Below are positions 12,573 to 25,817 of a DNA stretch of 64,000 nucleotides, in pieces; position 1 is the first letter of the stretch; each line of letters starts with the position of its first letter. The notes under the pieces were generated by a model that made no database searches, was not told the origin of the DNA, and saw only the letters and a list, made by a program, of their open reading frames with translations. Made by a program: the position numbers and the translations under genes. Source of the DNA: Mobula birostris (Eukaryota); NCBI RefSeq assembly GCF_030028105.1, contig NC_092376.1, positions 116,682,230-116,746,229 on the forward strand. Reading direction: 5' to 3'.

Positions 12573-14024
12573 TCAACTCTGAGTTCCTCCAGCATTTAAA
12601 CTGTCGATAGTCATCTTCAGGTTCCTTTCATGCATCCGCCTCCCTTTTCCGAAATCTGTCCTCCATTTCTTCACCTCCTCGGGAGTGTAGTCAAAATCCC
12701 CTCCCCGGGCTCTCGGTTTTCTGTTGGCTTTAATCAGAACACTTCCTTGATCTTCCCCAACCTGTAAGTCTTTCAATCTTTTCTGAATCAACTTCTTGAG
12801 TTTCTGCTGATCCCTTCGAAGGTGGGTCATTGTTTCTTCTCCCTGGATTAGTTCATCAGTACGTGACCGCAGTGTCAGCTCGGAATTCCGTTGCCCCTTC
12901 TCCATGTTGATGAGCGTGAATTCCAAGTCTGCATTGGTCGTCCCACAAGTGCGGCATTCAGTCTCCGGCTGGCATTTCAGAGCACTCAGTCCAGCGGTGC
13001 AAATCCCCTCTCTCCCCTGAGTCTCATTCAGATTGTCGACCTGGGTTTCCATCCCCAGGTCCACCACCGTCGGTTCCAACACCAGGAAGTTCAACTGGTA
13101 TGTCGGGTCGTTTTTCTCACATTGCATCAAACTCCTCCGGCCAAAAACTCCTCTACATTTGACGTTTCGCTTCGGTCGCCTGGGCTCAGCCACTCGCCTC
13201 GCTTCATAGTCCCCCCAGGTGAATCCAAGCTCTAGGCGGTCATCCACATATGCCAAAACTCCACACACCTTCACTTCCCCCATGGTCTTCCTCATGCCCC
13301 GCGGGAAGGATGCAGGGGCTCCAAATATGCCCTTGGGCATCTTTTCCGATCGGAAGAATCCTAGGGAACTAATAACGGCCATCTCCAGCTCGACAGCTGC
13401 ACTCCTCGGGATCTGGCAACATCCACCCCTCAGATCCAGCACATGAAACCATGTCGCATAATCCACACACACGCTGCCTTCATCTTCCATGCCACCAGGG
13501 TTCAGTTGCCGCGACCTCTCTCTCACTGAGGTGTTTTCAGCGGTCAACTCCCCTCCCTCGTGGTAGTTCGGAGCGTCTACTAAGAGGGTCTCACCCTCAG
13601 CTGCTCTCCCCAGGCCGTACCACCGCTGGGTCTCGTTTAAATTCGGTACCGGCTCAAGGCTGCTACACATGTCCTCAGAAGCAACTCGACATGCTGGGAG
13701 CCCAGACAATGCCCCCATGAACTCCAGGGTCATTAACCAGTCATCGTCTTCTGGATAACTACTGGCACTGGTACCCAAAATCTCTGGTGCCCTTGCGGTT
13801 GTCAAGGGTAAATGCTTCAGACACCGGTTGTAAAACGAACTGTACAACAACTTGACCTGCACCCCGGGGTCGAGGATGACTTTAACATCGCTTCCCTCTA
13901 TCCATAACGACACCCTGGGGCGTGGTCCCTCTAAGCCTTCAGGAATAGGGTCTTTTTCTTTCGGAAGTTCATTGGTACATTGCTGGGAACGTGCTTCCTC
14001 AGAGACCCCAAGCCGTTCCCCCAC
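12573..14024 (-). CDS. 483-aa Gypsy pol-derived ORF (protease-like ILDPG, RT-like MPKG...YVDD), heavily diverged and deleted
   Basis: ORF track; [14 protein letters not shown] and [19 protein letters not shown]...LAYVDD align by eye with Gypsy protease and RT motifs. Confidence 0.75.
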   Translation of the reverse strand: MGERLGVSEEARSQQCTNELPKEKDPIPEGLEGPRPRVSLWIEGSDVKVILDPGVQVKLLYSSFYNRCLKHLPLTTARAPEILGTSASSYPEDDDWLMTLEFMGALSGLPACRVASEDMCSSLEPVPNLNETQRWYGLGRAAEGETLLVDAPNYHEGGELTAENTSVRERSRQLNPGGMEDEGSVCVDYATWFHVLDLRGGCCQIPRSAAVELEMAVISSLGFFRSEKMPKGIFGAPASFPRGMRKTMGEVKVCGVLAYVDDRLELGFTWGDYEARRVAEPRRPKRNVKCRGVFGRRSLMQCEKNDPTYQLNFLVLEPTVVDLGMETQVDNLNETQGREGICTAGLSALKCQPETECRTCGTTNADLEFTLINMEKGQRNSELTLRSRTDELIQGEETMTHLRRDQQKLKKLIQKRLKDLQVGEDQGSVLIKANRKPRARGGDFDYTPEEVKKWRTDFGKGRRMHERNLKMTIDSLNAGGTQS

Positions 14025-16488
14025 TGGTCCTCCACTAAGTTTCCCGACACCTCTCTGATCAGCTGAACAACTGATCCCCTGAAATGATCCCCCGGCAGTG
14101 CAAGCAATTTAGTCGCCCTCCTAGCCAGAGAAGACACACTGAAAGCTTTCCCCCCCTCTTTCAAATAACTGACAGCTGTCACTACGGTGTAAGTGAACCT
14201 GACAGCTCTAACACCGTCACCAGCCCGCCTACTTAAACTTTCAGCCAATCCCTGTCGCTCTTCCTCAACAGAGCACTGTCACTCATCTAACAACTGAGAG
14301 ATCCGCTCCGCCCACGTCTTGCACGCCTCCGCTCCTCTTGGGGTGGATACTATCCCAAGCACCAGGCAGAGCCTGCCAGAGCTAGAACATTCATTCACAG
14401 ACACTACCACCAAATCAGACCACACTTTCCTCTCTCTCCCAACAGCACCTCCAACTCATCAATGCTAGTCTGAACTCGAACAAAGACCTCACCCTCCACG
14501 CATACAGCGATAACCAGCAAATAACCCACAGAGACTCACATTACTGATTTAAACAGGGCAACCACACAGCATACCAGTAGATCCAATCCCAGACAAAAGC
14601 CCACAATGTAGCCCCCTGGCCAGCCTCAGGGTCGCTCAGTTCGCTGTTGTCTAGGGAGACAGCCGTCGGCCCCGCCAAACTGGGGAATCAGTTTGTGTGG
14701 ATGCTGTGTGATGTACCCCACCCCGCCCAAATAACACACAATACACCAGATATGATTAAATGATTTACAGTTGGTAACTTATTATTTCCACCTGCACAGT
14801 GACCTGAAAAGATGTGTGTTTCATCACATCTTGTTTCTAAATTTCAGCACCACACAATCACTCAGAATTTAAGAAAAACTACTTTTACATGATTGGCACT
14901 AAATTGGATGATCTCCCATATGTCTTCATTGTTTTCCACCTGCCAAGTTCTTGTCATCTCACTGAGTTTCTTCATAGAACATTTTGGACAGATTTCCGCA
15001 AGGTGATGAAATCAAGATTACTTCTACTTGTGTCACTGATTTGATTACCTTGTTGCTCATTCTGTGAACAGACACAGTACCATTAATTTGGTCATATTAA
15101 GGTCTTTTGGTGTTGTCATACCTTTGATTATTTTTATGAACAAGAAATTAACTCGATTCCTAACCAATTGGTAATTAAGTTAATAAATCTGCAATAATGA
15201 TCTACATCTGATCATCACCAAATCCCTGTCTGTGGAAACAGGTTCCCAATGTCTGCTCAGAGTGATTGGCAATTTATAAAATGCAAGTTTTACTTCCACT
15301 TTACTGCAGACATTCCCAGCCTGCCTTATGCAAATATCTTCACCAAATCTTAAGGTTCTAAACATAAACATTTCAATTAAAATCAATTTCAAGGCATACT
15401 TATTAACATTTATCACCTACATTGCAGTTTATCCAAACAAAAAGACATTGATATTTGAGATGTAAGTAAGCAACATCATTTCCATGGTGTGTAATAAAGC
15501 ACTTATTTGTGGCTAACAGAACTGTGTGCTTGTCTGTGTCACAGAAGAAACATTAAATTTATTTTTATGTTTTTCCATGCTTGTCATGCAATTTTATTCA
15601 CTTACTTCAAGCTTATATAACTTGTAGAAAAGATTCGGGACAACAGGTGGATATTAAATATTTAGACCATTGGAGGATCTTTAAAGTGCCACTGTTAGCT
15701 GTGATTAGGACACATTGTTTTGGGGTTAATTCTCTAATCTGCATTGGTTAACGGAGAAAACAGATGGAATAAGCTTGAGTTGTGAATCTGCAGGTGGATG
15801 GGCTTCATAGTCACAGGGTTGGACCCTCTTCTCTGCGTAACATATATCAAAGACTTAGCTCAAGGGCAAAATTTCCAAGATTTAACACCATGAGATTTAC
15901 AGAGAATGTAAGGAGAAATCAGTGGAAAAGGGAGGTCTGGCTAAATAGATAAGGACATAATGAATGGGATATAATGTGGTGAAATGTGACATGATCCACT
16001 TCAGGAGGAATATAAGAAAAACAGATTTTTGTTATACGGTGAGTGATTGGACATTCAAGGGATCTGGGTGTCTGTGTTCATGGTCACTGAAGGCTAAGTA
16101 AGCCAATAGGCAGATAAACAAAAAACTTGATCAAAAGAAATAAATATTCATACATTGATTCCAGGGAAACAGATGTTCGGCGCACAGCAGAGCTTGGAAG
16201 AATAGGAGGAGAGCTGATTGAAATGCATACAATTCTGAGAGGGCTGCAAATGGCAGGTGTAAGAAATGCTTTGCCTGTAGGGATCATCATGTCAGAATCT
16301 TAAAATAAGGTATCATCGTTCAGGACTGAGATGCAATGAAATATATGAGGGAAAAAGTTATATGTTTTGAATTTTCCAACAGTGTAAGACCAAGTGGGGT
16401 TGGGAGCACAGAGCAGGATGTGAAGAGGCTACAAGGTTATATAAACAAGCTCAGTGAGAGAGCAAGAAAATGACAAATGGAATACAAT

Positions 16489-18510
16489 ATAACTGGAGCA
16501 AGGGGAAATATGAGGCTATCAGGCAGGATCCTGGAAGCATAAATTGAGAACAGATGTTCTCAGAGAAATGTAAGAAAAATGGGGCAAATGTTCAGGGGAT
16601 ATTTGTGTGGCTTTCAGCATAGGTACATTCCAGTGAGACAGGGAAAGGATGGTAGGGTACAGGAACCATGGTGTACAAAGGCTGTTGTAAATCTAGTCAA
16701 GAAGGAAAAAAAAACTTACGAAAGGTTCAACATGCTAGGTAATGATAGAGTCCAGAAGATTATAATGCTAGCAGGAGGGATAAGAAGTGAGAGAATAGGA
16801 CCAATCAAGTGTGACAGTGGAAAAGTTTGTATGGAACCAGGGGAGATAGCAGAGATACTTAATAAATACTTTGCTTCAGTATTCACTACGGAAAAGGATC
16901 TTGGCGATTGTAAGGATGACTTACAGCGGACTGAAAAGCTTGAGCATGTAGAAATTAAGGATGTGCGGGAGCTTTTGGAAAGCATCAAGTTGGATAAGTC
17001 ACCGGGATCAGATGAGATGTACCCCAGGCTACTGTGGGAGGTTGGGGAGGAGATCTTTGCATCATCAATGGGGACAGGAGAGGTTCTGGAGGATTGGAAG
17101 GTTGCGGATGTTGTTCCTTCATTCACGAAAGGGAGTAGAGATAGCCCAGGAAGTTATTGACCAGTGGTTGGTAAGTTGATGGAGAAGATCCTGAGAGACA
17201 GTATTTATGAACATTTGGAGAGGCATAATATGATTAGGAATAGTCAGTATGGCTTTGTCAAAGGGCAGGTCGTGCCTTACGAGCCTGATTGAATTTTTTT
17301 GAGGGTGTGACTAAACACATTGATGAAGGTAGAGCAGTAGATGATGTGTATATGGATTTCAGCAAGGCACTTGATAAGGTACCCCATGCAAGGCTTATTG
17401 AGAAAGTAAAGAGGCATGGGATCTAAGGGGACATTGCTTTGTGGATCCAAAACTGGCTTGCCCACAGAAGGCAAAGGGTGGTTGCAGACGGGTCTTATTC
17501 TGCATGGAGGTCAGTGACCAGTGGTGTACCTCAGGGGTCTGTTCTGGGACACCTACTCTTTGTGATTTTTATTATGACATGGATGAGGAAGTGGAGGGAT
17601 GGGTTAGTAAATTTGCTGATGACACAAAGGTCGGGGTGTGTTGTGGATAGTGTGGAGGGCTGTCAGAGTTTACAGCAAGATATCGATAGGATGTAAAACT
17701 GGGCTGAGAAGTGGCAAATGGAGTTCAACCCAGGTAAGTGTGAAGTGGTTCATTTTGGTAGGTCAAATATGATGGCGGAATATAGTATTAAGGGTAAGAC
17801 TGTTGGCAGTGTGGAGGATCAGCAGGATCTTGGGGTCCGAGTTCATAGGACACTCAAAGCTGCTGTGCAGGTTGACTCTGCGGTTAAGAAGGCATGCGGT
17901 GTATTGGCCTTCATCAATCGCGGGACTGAGTTTAGGAGCCGAGAGGTAATGTTGCACCTATATAGGAACCTGGTCAGACCCCACTTGGAGTACTGTGCTC
18001 AGTTCTGGTCGCCTCACTACAGGAAGGATGTAGAAAGCATAGAAAAGGTGCAGGGGAGATTTATAAGGATGTTGTCTGGATTGGGGAGCATGCCTTATGA
18101 GAATAGGTTGATTGAACTCGTCCTTTTCTCCTTGGAGCGATGAAGGATGAGAGGTGACCTGATAGAGGTATATAAGATGATGAGAGGCATTGATTGTGTG
18201 GATAGTCAGAGGCTTTCTCCCAGAGCTGAAATGGCTAGCATGAGATGGCACAGTTTTAGGTGCTTGGAAGTTGGCACAGAGGAGATGTCAGGGTTAAGTT
18301 TTTTATGCAGAGAATGGGCTGCCAGCGACAGTGGTGGAGGCAGATACGATAGGGTCTTTTAAGGGACTCCTGGATAGGTATATGGAACTTTGGAAAATAG
18401 AGGGCTATGGGTAACTCTCGGTAATATCTAAGGTAAGGACATGTTCAGCACAGTTTTGTGGGATAAAGGGCCTGTATTGTGCTGTAGGTTTTCTACGTTT
18501 CCATGTTCCG
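16489..18510 (+). mobile_element. CR1 LINE, 5'-truncated
   Basis: RT fragments; ACAAT on both sides (16484-16488 and 18511-18515); absent at the paralogous site ~28215. Confidence 0.93.
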
Positions 18511-18969
18511 ACAATGTGAAAAAATTTAAACCTTATCTATTCTGGTGCAATTAATAGAAAAGTAAATTAGTTATTAAATGGAGAGTGATTACATAATGTT
18601 AAAGTTTATAGAGACCAAGGTCTGATGTAGGTGCAAATAGTCGATTATCATTTGCAAGAGAATCTGAATACAGCAATGAGCAAGTCTTGCTGTACTTGTA
18701 AAATGGCTTGGCAAAAGCACCCAAGAGTATATTGGACACTTATGACCTCTTACCTAAGAAAGGATGTACATGCCATAGGCAGAGTGCAATAATGATTCAG
18801 GATTGCTAGGTTTTCTAAGTGAGAAGATATTGAGTAGACTGGGATTTTACTTTCTTCTGCTTCAACAAGACATTAAAAATCCTTCAAGAACTTGGCAGAA
18901 AAAAATGTAAGGAGGCTGTTTTCCCTGCCTGAAGAACCAAGAACTTGAGACAGGCCAGCCAGAACTTAC

Positions 18970-19110
18970 ATGAGAAACAAAAGAAAATCTGCTGATGCTG
19001 GAAATCCAAGCAACACACACAAAATGCTGGAGGTACTCCGTAGGCCAGGCAGCATCTATAGAAATCAGTACAGTTGATGGCTTGGGCCAATACCTTTTAT
19101 CAGAACTGTA
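18970..19110 (-). repeat. Short Penelope-associated repeat with degenerate hammerhead motif
   Basis: aaaatctgctgatgctggaaatccaagcaacacacacaaaatgctggagg...; paralog at 28670-28810 and a related copy at 47480-47620. Confidence 0.6.
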
Positions 19111-22100
19111 CATACTATAAGACTATAAGACATAGGAGCAGAATGAGGCCATTCAGCCTATTGAGTCTGCTTCACCATTTTATCATGGCTGATCCTGGAT
19201 ATCGCTCAACCCCATACATCTGCCTGGATGCCATCTCCTTTAGTGCCCTGACCCATCTGGAAACAATCAATTTCCGCCTTAAATATACACACAGACTTGG
19301 CCTCCACTGCAGTCTGTGGCAGAGCATTCCACAGATTTACTGCTCTCTGGCTAAAAAAAAAGTCCTCTTTACCTCTGTTCTAAAGGATCACCCCTCAATC
19401 TTGAGGCCGTGGCTGTCATGGTCCAGTCTGTGAAGTCCGCATTCTGGTTCACAGTCTGGTCCATCATTCCTTATTCCAGGTTTTCCGGTTTTTCCTTGTT
19501 CTGTTGTGTGCTCTAATTGAGGCACATGATTCTCATTTTGGGCTAGCTACATAAATAGCTCCTTGATTCAGCTTCATTTGCTGGACTGTTCCCTTCCCTT
19601 CCCCTTCCTCCTGAGGCCTTGTCTGCAACCTCACCTGTATCACTGTCAATTTCTACTGCTGGAGCAAGACCTGAGCCTTGCTGTGTCTAGATAAGGAACT
19701 GTCTATTGTTGTTTGGAACTGTCCCTATGTCCACACCTTTGCTAGGTAGGTGCGGCCGTTTGCTGCTACCTTGTGTTGGGAACCATCTCTGTGTCCACAC
19801 CTTCGCTAGGTGGGTCCGGCCATTTGCTGCTACTTGTGTTGGGAACTGTCTGTGTCCACGCCTTCGCTAGGTAGGTCCAGTTGTTTGGCTCTACCTAGTG
19901 TTGGGAACCATCTTGTTGTGTTCAGCATTCTGTGTATGGGTCCTGGCCCTATGCCCTGTTCCCAAGGAGGGATCCTTGCTCTGTGTTCCATGTTCCTGTC
20001 TCTCCAGACCAAGGCTCTGTGTTTTGCATTCCTGTCTCCCAAGATTACCAAGGCTCCGTGTTCTGTGTTCCAGTTCTGCCAAGACCAAGTCCTTGTGTTC
20101 CAGTTCTCCCAAGACCAAGTCAAGGCTTTGTGCTCTCGCCCAGCCCAGGAGTACCTCATCCTGCTCAGGAAAGCCTTGAAGAATCCAAGCCTCATCCAGT
20201 CCTGTAGTCACGTCATGTCCTTGCCTAGTTCCGGGGTCCGAGCCTGAATCAAGACCCAGGTTCTGGGTCCTTGTCCAGTTTCTGGCTCAGCGTCCAAGCC
20301 CAGGCTCCTAGTTCCTAGTTCCTTGTCCTGGTCCCGCTTTCCTAGTCAAGTCCTAGCCCAGGCCCTGAATCCTTGTCTCGTCCAGGGCTTGTGTCATGTC
20401 CAGCATCCTTTCTTTCCCACTTCCCTTGCTTTCTTGACAAACCTAGTCCTGTTCCTTGTACCTCAGTGTCTGTGGCTTGCATTTGGGTCCACTCCCAGCG
20501 CCCCCTGTATGACAGAACACTCCAGCCAGACGAGGACCCAGCGACACAGAGACTGTCTTTCAACTCTCAATATCCTGGGTTCTCTCTTGTTGAATGCCCC
20601 CAACCCGCCCGTGTCGTCCATAGTTTGGGATTGCTTGTTTGGTCGCCAGGAGGCTCCCGTGGTGGTGGTGGGGAGTGGGTAGTACTGTCATGGTCCAGTC
20701 TGTGAAGTCCGCATTCCATTCACAGTCCGGTCCATCATTTCTTATTCCAGGTTTTCCGGTTTTCCCTTGTTCTGTTGGGTGCTCTAATTGAGGCACCTGA
20801 TTCTCATTTTGGGCTGGCTATATAAATAGCTCCTGGGTTCAGCTTCATTTGCTGGACTGTTCCCTTCCTCCTGATGCCTTGCCTGCATTCTCTGCCTGAT
20901 GCCTTGCCTGCAACATGCCTGTGTCCTCACCTGTATTACTGTCAAGTTCTACTGCCGGAGCAAGACCGGAGCCTTGCTGTGTCTAGATAAGGAACTGTCT
21001 ATCATTGTTTGGAACTGTCTCTGTGTCCACGCCTTCGCTAGGTAGGTCCGGCAGTTTGCCGCTACCTAGTGTTGGGAACCATCTCTATGCCCACACCTTC
21101 ACTAGGTAGGTCCAACCATTTGCCGTTACCTTGTGTTGGGAACCGTCTCCGTGTCCACGCCTTCGCTAGGTAGGTCCGGCCATTTGCTGCTACCTAGTGT
21201 TGGGAACCATCTCTGTGTTCTGCATTCCAGTCTCCCAAGATTACCGAGGCTCTGTGTTCTGTGTTACAGTTCTGCCAAGACCAAGACCCTGTGGTCCAGT
21301 TCTCCCAAGACCAAGTCAAGGCTTTGTGTTCTTGCCCAGCCCAAGATTACATCGTCCTGCCCAGGAAAGCCTCAAAGAATCCAAGCCTCGTCCAGTCCTT
21401 TAGCCAAGTCATGTCTTCGCCTAGTCCTGGAGTCCGAGCCCGAGTCAAGACCCAGATTCTGGGTCCTAGCCCAGTCTCTGGCTTGGCGCCCATACCCAAG
21501 CCTTGAAGAACCCAACCCATATCCAATCCTGTAGCCACGTCTTAAAGAAGCCAAGACATGTACAGTCCTGTAGCCACATCATAGCCTAGTTCCGGGGTCC
21601 AAGCCTGAGTCAAGACCCAGGTTCAGGGTCGTTGTCCAGTCTCTGGCCCGCTTTTCTTGTCCTGGTCCCTCTTTCCTAGTCAAGTTCTATCCCAGGCCCT
21701 GAATCCTTGTCTCGTCCAGGGACTGTGTCATGTCCGGCGTCCTTTCTTCCCCACTTCCCTTGCTTTCTCGACAAACCTAGTCCTGTTCCTTGTACTTCAG
21801 TGTCTATGTCTTGCATTAGGGTACGCTCACAGCGCCCCCTTGTATGATTGTGCCCTATAGTTCTGGATACTCCCACCATAGGAAACATTCGCTCTACATC
21901 CACCTTATCTAGTCCTTTAACATTCTGTAGGTTTCAATGATATCTTCCCACATTTTTCTAAATTCCAGTGAGTACAGGCCCAAAGCTGCCAAATGCTCCT
22001 CACATGTTAACTCCTTGAATCCTGAAATCATACCCGAGAACCTCCTCTGTAATCTCTCCAATGACAACACATCCTTTCTGAGCTAAGGGGCCCAAAGCTG

Positions 22101-22140
22101 TAGCCAATACTCTCAGTGCAGCCTAATTAGTATCTTATAA
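19111..22140 (-). mobile_element. Old CR1 3' fragment split by the mini-LTR element (19111-19413 and 21850-22140)
   Basis: CATAGGAGCAGAA tail and CR1 3' RT-like text; an uninterrupted paralog is at 31253-31677. Confidence 0.75.
19414..21849 (+). mobile_element. LTR-heavy mini-retrotransposon: LTR 19414-20514, 171-bp internal, LTR 20686-21849
   Basis: Both LTRs start TGTCATGGTCCAGTCTGTGAAGTCCGC. The internal region starts GAACACTCCAGCCA..GGACCCAGCG and ends GGTCGCCAGGAGGCTCCCG..GGGGAGTGGGTAGTAC (PPT). Flanks GTGGC/GTGCC. Confidence 0.9.
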
Positions 22141-22941
22141 AGCTCAGCAGAAGAAGATCTTTCTGTGATCGTGATCCTTTAGTTTACAGATGCCCATTCT
22201 TCATATTTGTTCAAAACACAGATTGATAGATGTCAGGACATGGAGTCAAGGGATACAGGACAATGATGGAAAATGGTGCTGAGGTAGAAAGAAGATCAAC
22301 CACATTCTGAATGAATGGTGGAACAGCCAGAAGTGCCCAGTGGACAACACCTATTTCTATTGGTTATGCTCCCATGACAGCAGCATTAACACTGTTATTG
22401 GCACCCTAAGCCCATTATTTTGTGTGGTATATCTGATGCAACACACAAAACAATTCTCTCCAGAGAATCTCAGACTATGCACTCTTTGTCCATATCACAT
22501 TGCACTGTCCTGCCGTTGTCATCCTGCACATTATCCATTCTACTGGATATACAACAGAGCGAACAATAAATCAGTATTCATTGTGTTATTTCTTATGTTC
22601 TCGGGGGTAGAAGAGGGGCGTTCAGCCCATCGCGACCATATCAGCTACCCAAGATTCCCATCAGATACATCCCCCATATTTCCCTGGAAATTTAGCTCCC
22701 CGCCATTGTCCTGCTGTTAATTTACACTAGAGGTAGATTACGCTGACCGATTAATCTACTAACCTGTTCTTGCGATCTCAGAGCACTGGAGGAGGCAAGG
22801 AAGGGCATATGATTTCCGCACACTAAGCAGAGGAGCTTGGGATCGAACCAGAATCACAGGAGATGTGTGCAAAATACACTAGCATCTACACCGCTATGCC
22901 GCCATTTCTGACACACAATCATGTAATATTGAGCTGCTTAC

Positions 22942-23289
22942 CGTCCAAAACCCGGAGATTCAAATTCGTTATCAGATCATTAAACGGTCCCGGAATCCGC
23001 ACACGGCAGCAATACCAGCCGCTATCTTCTCTCTGTAGATCTTTTATAGTGAGCGACACATCTCCTGCCGCAATTCTACCACCAAGACTATATCTCTGGG
23101 ATGTTACAGAAGTTACTCTGTCTCCATTTGTTCCGATCAACACGTGTCCGCAGCCGCTTAAAGGGCACTGTCCCCGACCCCAGCACATCGCACTTTTGAC
23201 ATATTTTCGGACAGAATAGCAGCACGGCAGTGTGATCGACTCTCCCGTGACTCCTCGCACGTTTGTCCCAGAGACGAAGGCGACTCGAC
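22942..23289 (-). CDS. TIM-family IgV exon, copy 2
   Basis: Acceptor ttgcag|GT CGA and donor G|GTAAGC; 348 nt, open frame. Translation MCWGRGQCPLSGC...GWYCCRVRIPGPFND retains all six TIM cysteines plus one extra. Confidence 0.93.
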
Positions 23290-24020
23290 CTGCAATAATC
23301 CAGGGAAAGAAAGTTACAGATGGCGCTGAATGGGATGATCAGACGGGTGTGTCCACAGTTTAGAAACCTGCCCGAGCAACGGGAATGTGATCCATTTTAC
23401 CTGCCGGGCAGCATCTGAGGAATATTACGGAAAATTTCTACGTATTCAAAAGCATGTGGATATTATTAGGTATTTCCCACATCCTGAAACAGCCACCCCT
23501 CAGTTGACCCTTATTAGGATGTGGTGATCGACCAACATTTCTGTAGTTGTGACACAACCGATAGTCCAGCGGTAACATTTCAGAGAGCTGTTCAGTCACT
23601 GACACAGAAACATGCAGGGAAGGTACGAAGATCAGATTGTGATCTCGAGTATTGAAATCATTCTCCTCTCTTGCCATTTTGGATCTGTGATTCATTTTTC
23701 TACTCACATACACACTGTGCTCCCAAACCTTCACCGCAATGATCGGGGATATTCCGAGCTTTGGTCTTGTTTCTTAGTCCATTCAGATCAGCAATGATCA
23801 GTCCTCCAAGTTCACTCACCCCGTCAATTCACCATCAACACCCCCCCCCCCACATCCATTAATCTGCAAAAACCAGCAGCGCCGGGCATCACTCGGGGTG
23901 TCGGCTGTATCCCTCCCGGCTCTAACACTCACACACAGTCTCCATCTCAACTACTGCGTCCAAGAGGTTAAAACAACAAGATTGAACAAGCTAATTCAAT
24001 TCCTGCTTTCTGAAACGTAC

Positions 24021-24072
24021 CCAACAGAAGAAACATTATTGTCAAATGAGCCACAGCGCCAGTAACAGGCAT
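24021..24072 (-). CDS. TIM-family gene copy 2, signal-peptide exon (MPVTGAVAHLTIMFLLL-G)
   Basis: Paralog of 5661-5712; same 52-nt length and G|GTACGT donor. Confidence 0.85.
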
Positions 24073-25817
24073 CGCGCCGGGCACTGTGGCGGCCGCTCTC
24101 CGTGTCGCTGCAGTTGCTGCTGTGGCTGCGAGTTAAACTGTTGCTTCCGGCTTGAAGTGGACAAGATTTCCTTCCACAGGAACACAAGTGTATTTCACCG
24201 ACACCCCAGAGAAATGAGGCAAGTGTTATCAAACAGTCGTCTCCTCCCAGGCGTTACCATCAAATTCTAAACGTGCATGATTTTCCTTCACCGTTGCTTT
24301 CAGTTCCCAGTTTTGAGATAAAACAATTCTTCCGACTACAGATGTGACGCGACATCGACAGAAATTCATGTCTGAAATGTCCATCAGTAACACGAATGGG
24401 CAAATTGCCAAGTATCCAACTGGCTGTTCGAACTGCTGGGTCGCTGGTCCGGTTGAGTCCTGTCACTTTGCGTCACGTTTCAATGCTTCGTACGTGAACG
24501 GAACCGAGGGTGAAGTAGAGAGTGAGTGAGACCCAGATAAGGTGATTCCACTATTTTCTGTTTTAACTCCAGCCTTCTCTGCACTGGCAGTCTAAATTTG
24601 GTCTGTCAACGCAGTTCAAGACTGGAGTCAAGGTCATCTGTTGCTGAGGAGTGAAGGGACTTTCAATCTCTGTTCAACTGTGAAGAGGCTTAATGGTGGC
24701 ACAAGCGTCTCTGAACTGCAAATTGTAGCCGCAGTTTTACAATCATGTTGTAATAAGCATTGACACTGGGAGTGATACTGGTGCTGTGGTCAGACGTGGT
24801 ACTAGGGATGCCTACATCAGATGTCTGGCGCACTTCCCAGGCAGCTCACAGGTAAAGGTGAGATGAAGATCAGACCCCAGTAATTGGGAGGTGACTGGCT
24901 GATAGATGCGAAGAAGAAATATCAAGGAGGTGGGGAGTCAATGGGAGGTGGGGAAGTGATTGGAAGCATGGAGTGTGAGAAAGAGTGAGCAGGGAAAATG
25001 AACCATGATAATGGCCAGAAGGAGATGGAAAGAAACAACAGAAGACTGATTTGCCCAAGCCAGGGTATTCAGTTATTTTTCACGCAGAACAACTGTAATT
25101 AAATGCAATGCAGGGACTGATAATGATTTATATTGCATCATTAAAGCTAAAAAAAATCAGGCAGACAGAATTGAACATAACACCAAAGAATGGAAGTATT
25201 AGGATAATGATTTACAGTGTGATCAAATTGATTCCATGAAAAAGATCCAGGCTACAGATATATATTCATTCTGTCTCAGATTGCTGTGCCTCCAGTTTAT
25301 GAGAAACAATGGTAAGCAGGCAATTTCCAGATGAGAATAAATGTCTGTACACTGGCTGATGCAAAGGGCTGTTCAGTTATATTCTGACCAAATGGACGAC
25401 TAATGTGTTCAAACCATGACTTTATCGTGAACTCTCCAAATATATTCAGCACTCAGTACATAGAAGACTGGGGGAAGGGATCTGTGACTCCAGTTATTCA
25501 TTGCTCTCTCTTTGGCAAGTATGTCCTTTCATTGTTATGAAACCAGAACTCTCCACTACCTGCCCAGTGCAGTCTTGCCAAGACTCTATCCAACGACAGT
25601 ATGACTCTGTGACTCCTATGTTTAAAGCTTCTAATAATAAATGGTAACTTATTATTTGCACCTGGAGAGTCTCCTGAAGAGATGTGAGTATCATCACACC
25701 TTGTTTCTAATGTTCAGCACCATCCAATCACTTAGCATTTAAGTAAAATTATTTTTACATTATCAGCACTAAAATGGATGATCTCCCATATGTCTTCATT
25801 GTGCTCCATCTGTCAAG

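Larger units (their letters stand above)
7316..14773 (-). mobile_element. Internally deleted Gypsy LTR retrotransposon (PNMA-like gag) with nested CR1
   Basis: LTR sequence TGTAGCCCCC..GGCCAGCCTCAGGGTCG at 7316 and 14608 (second copy truncated at ~14773). PBS-like TTGTGGGCTTTTGTCTGGGAT follows the 5' LTR on minus; PPT GGTGGGGGGAGAG precedes TGTAAG at 11987. Gag ORF 13931-14248. Absent at the paralogous site ~25643. Confidence 0.9.

Noticed and set aside
15427-15466. Small plus-strand exon candidate ending GAT|GTAAGT, also at ~27180-27216
   Set aside because: Length differs by 1 nt between paralogs (34 vs 33), it is antisense to the TIM genes, and it has no recognisable coding context.
19810-21860. 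Cys/Pro-rich ORFs within the mini-LTR elements
   Set aside because: They arise from tandem repeats in LTRs, frames are not conserved between LTR copies, and they resemble no known domain.
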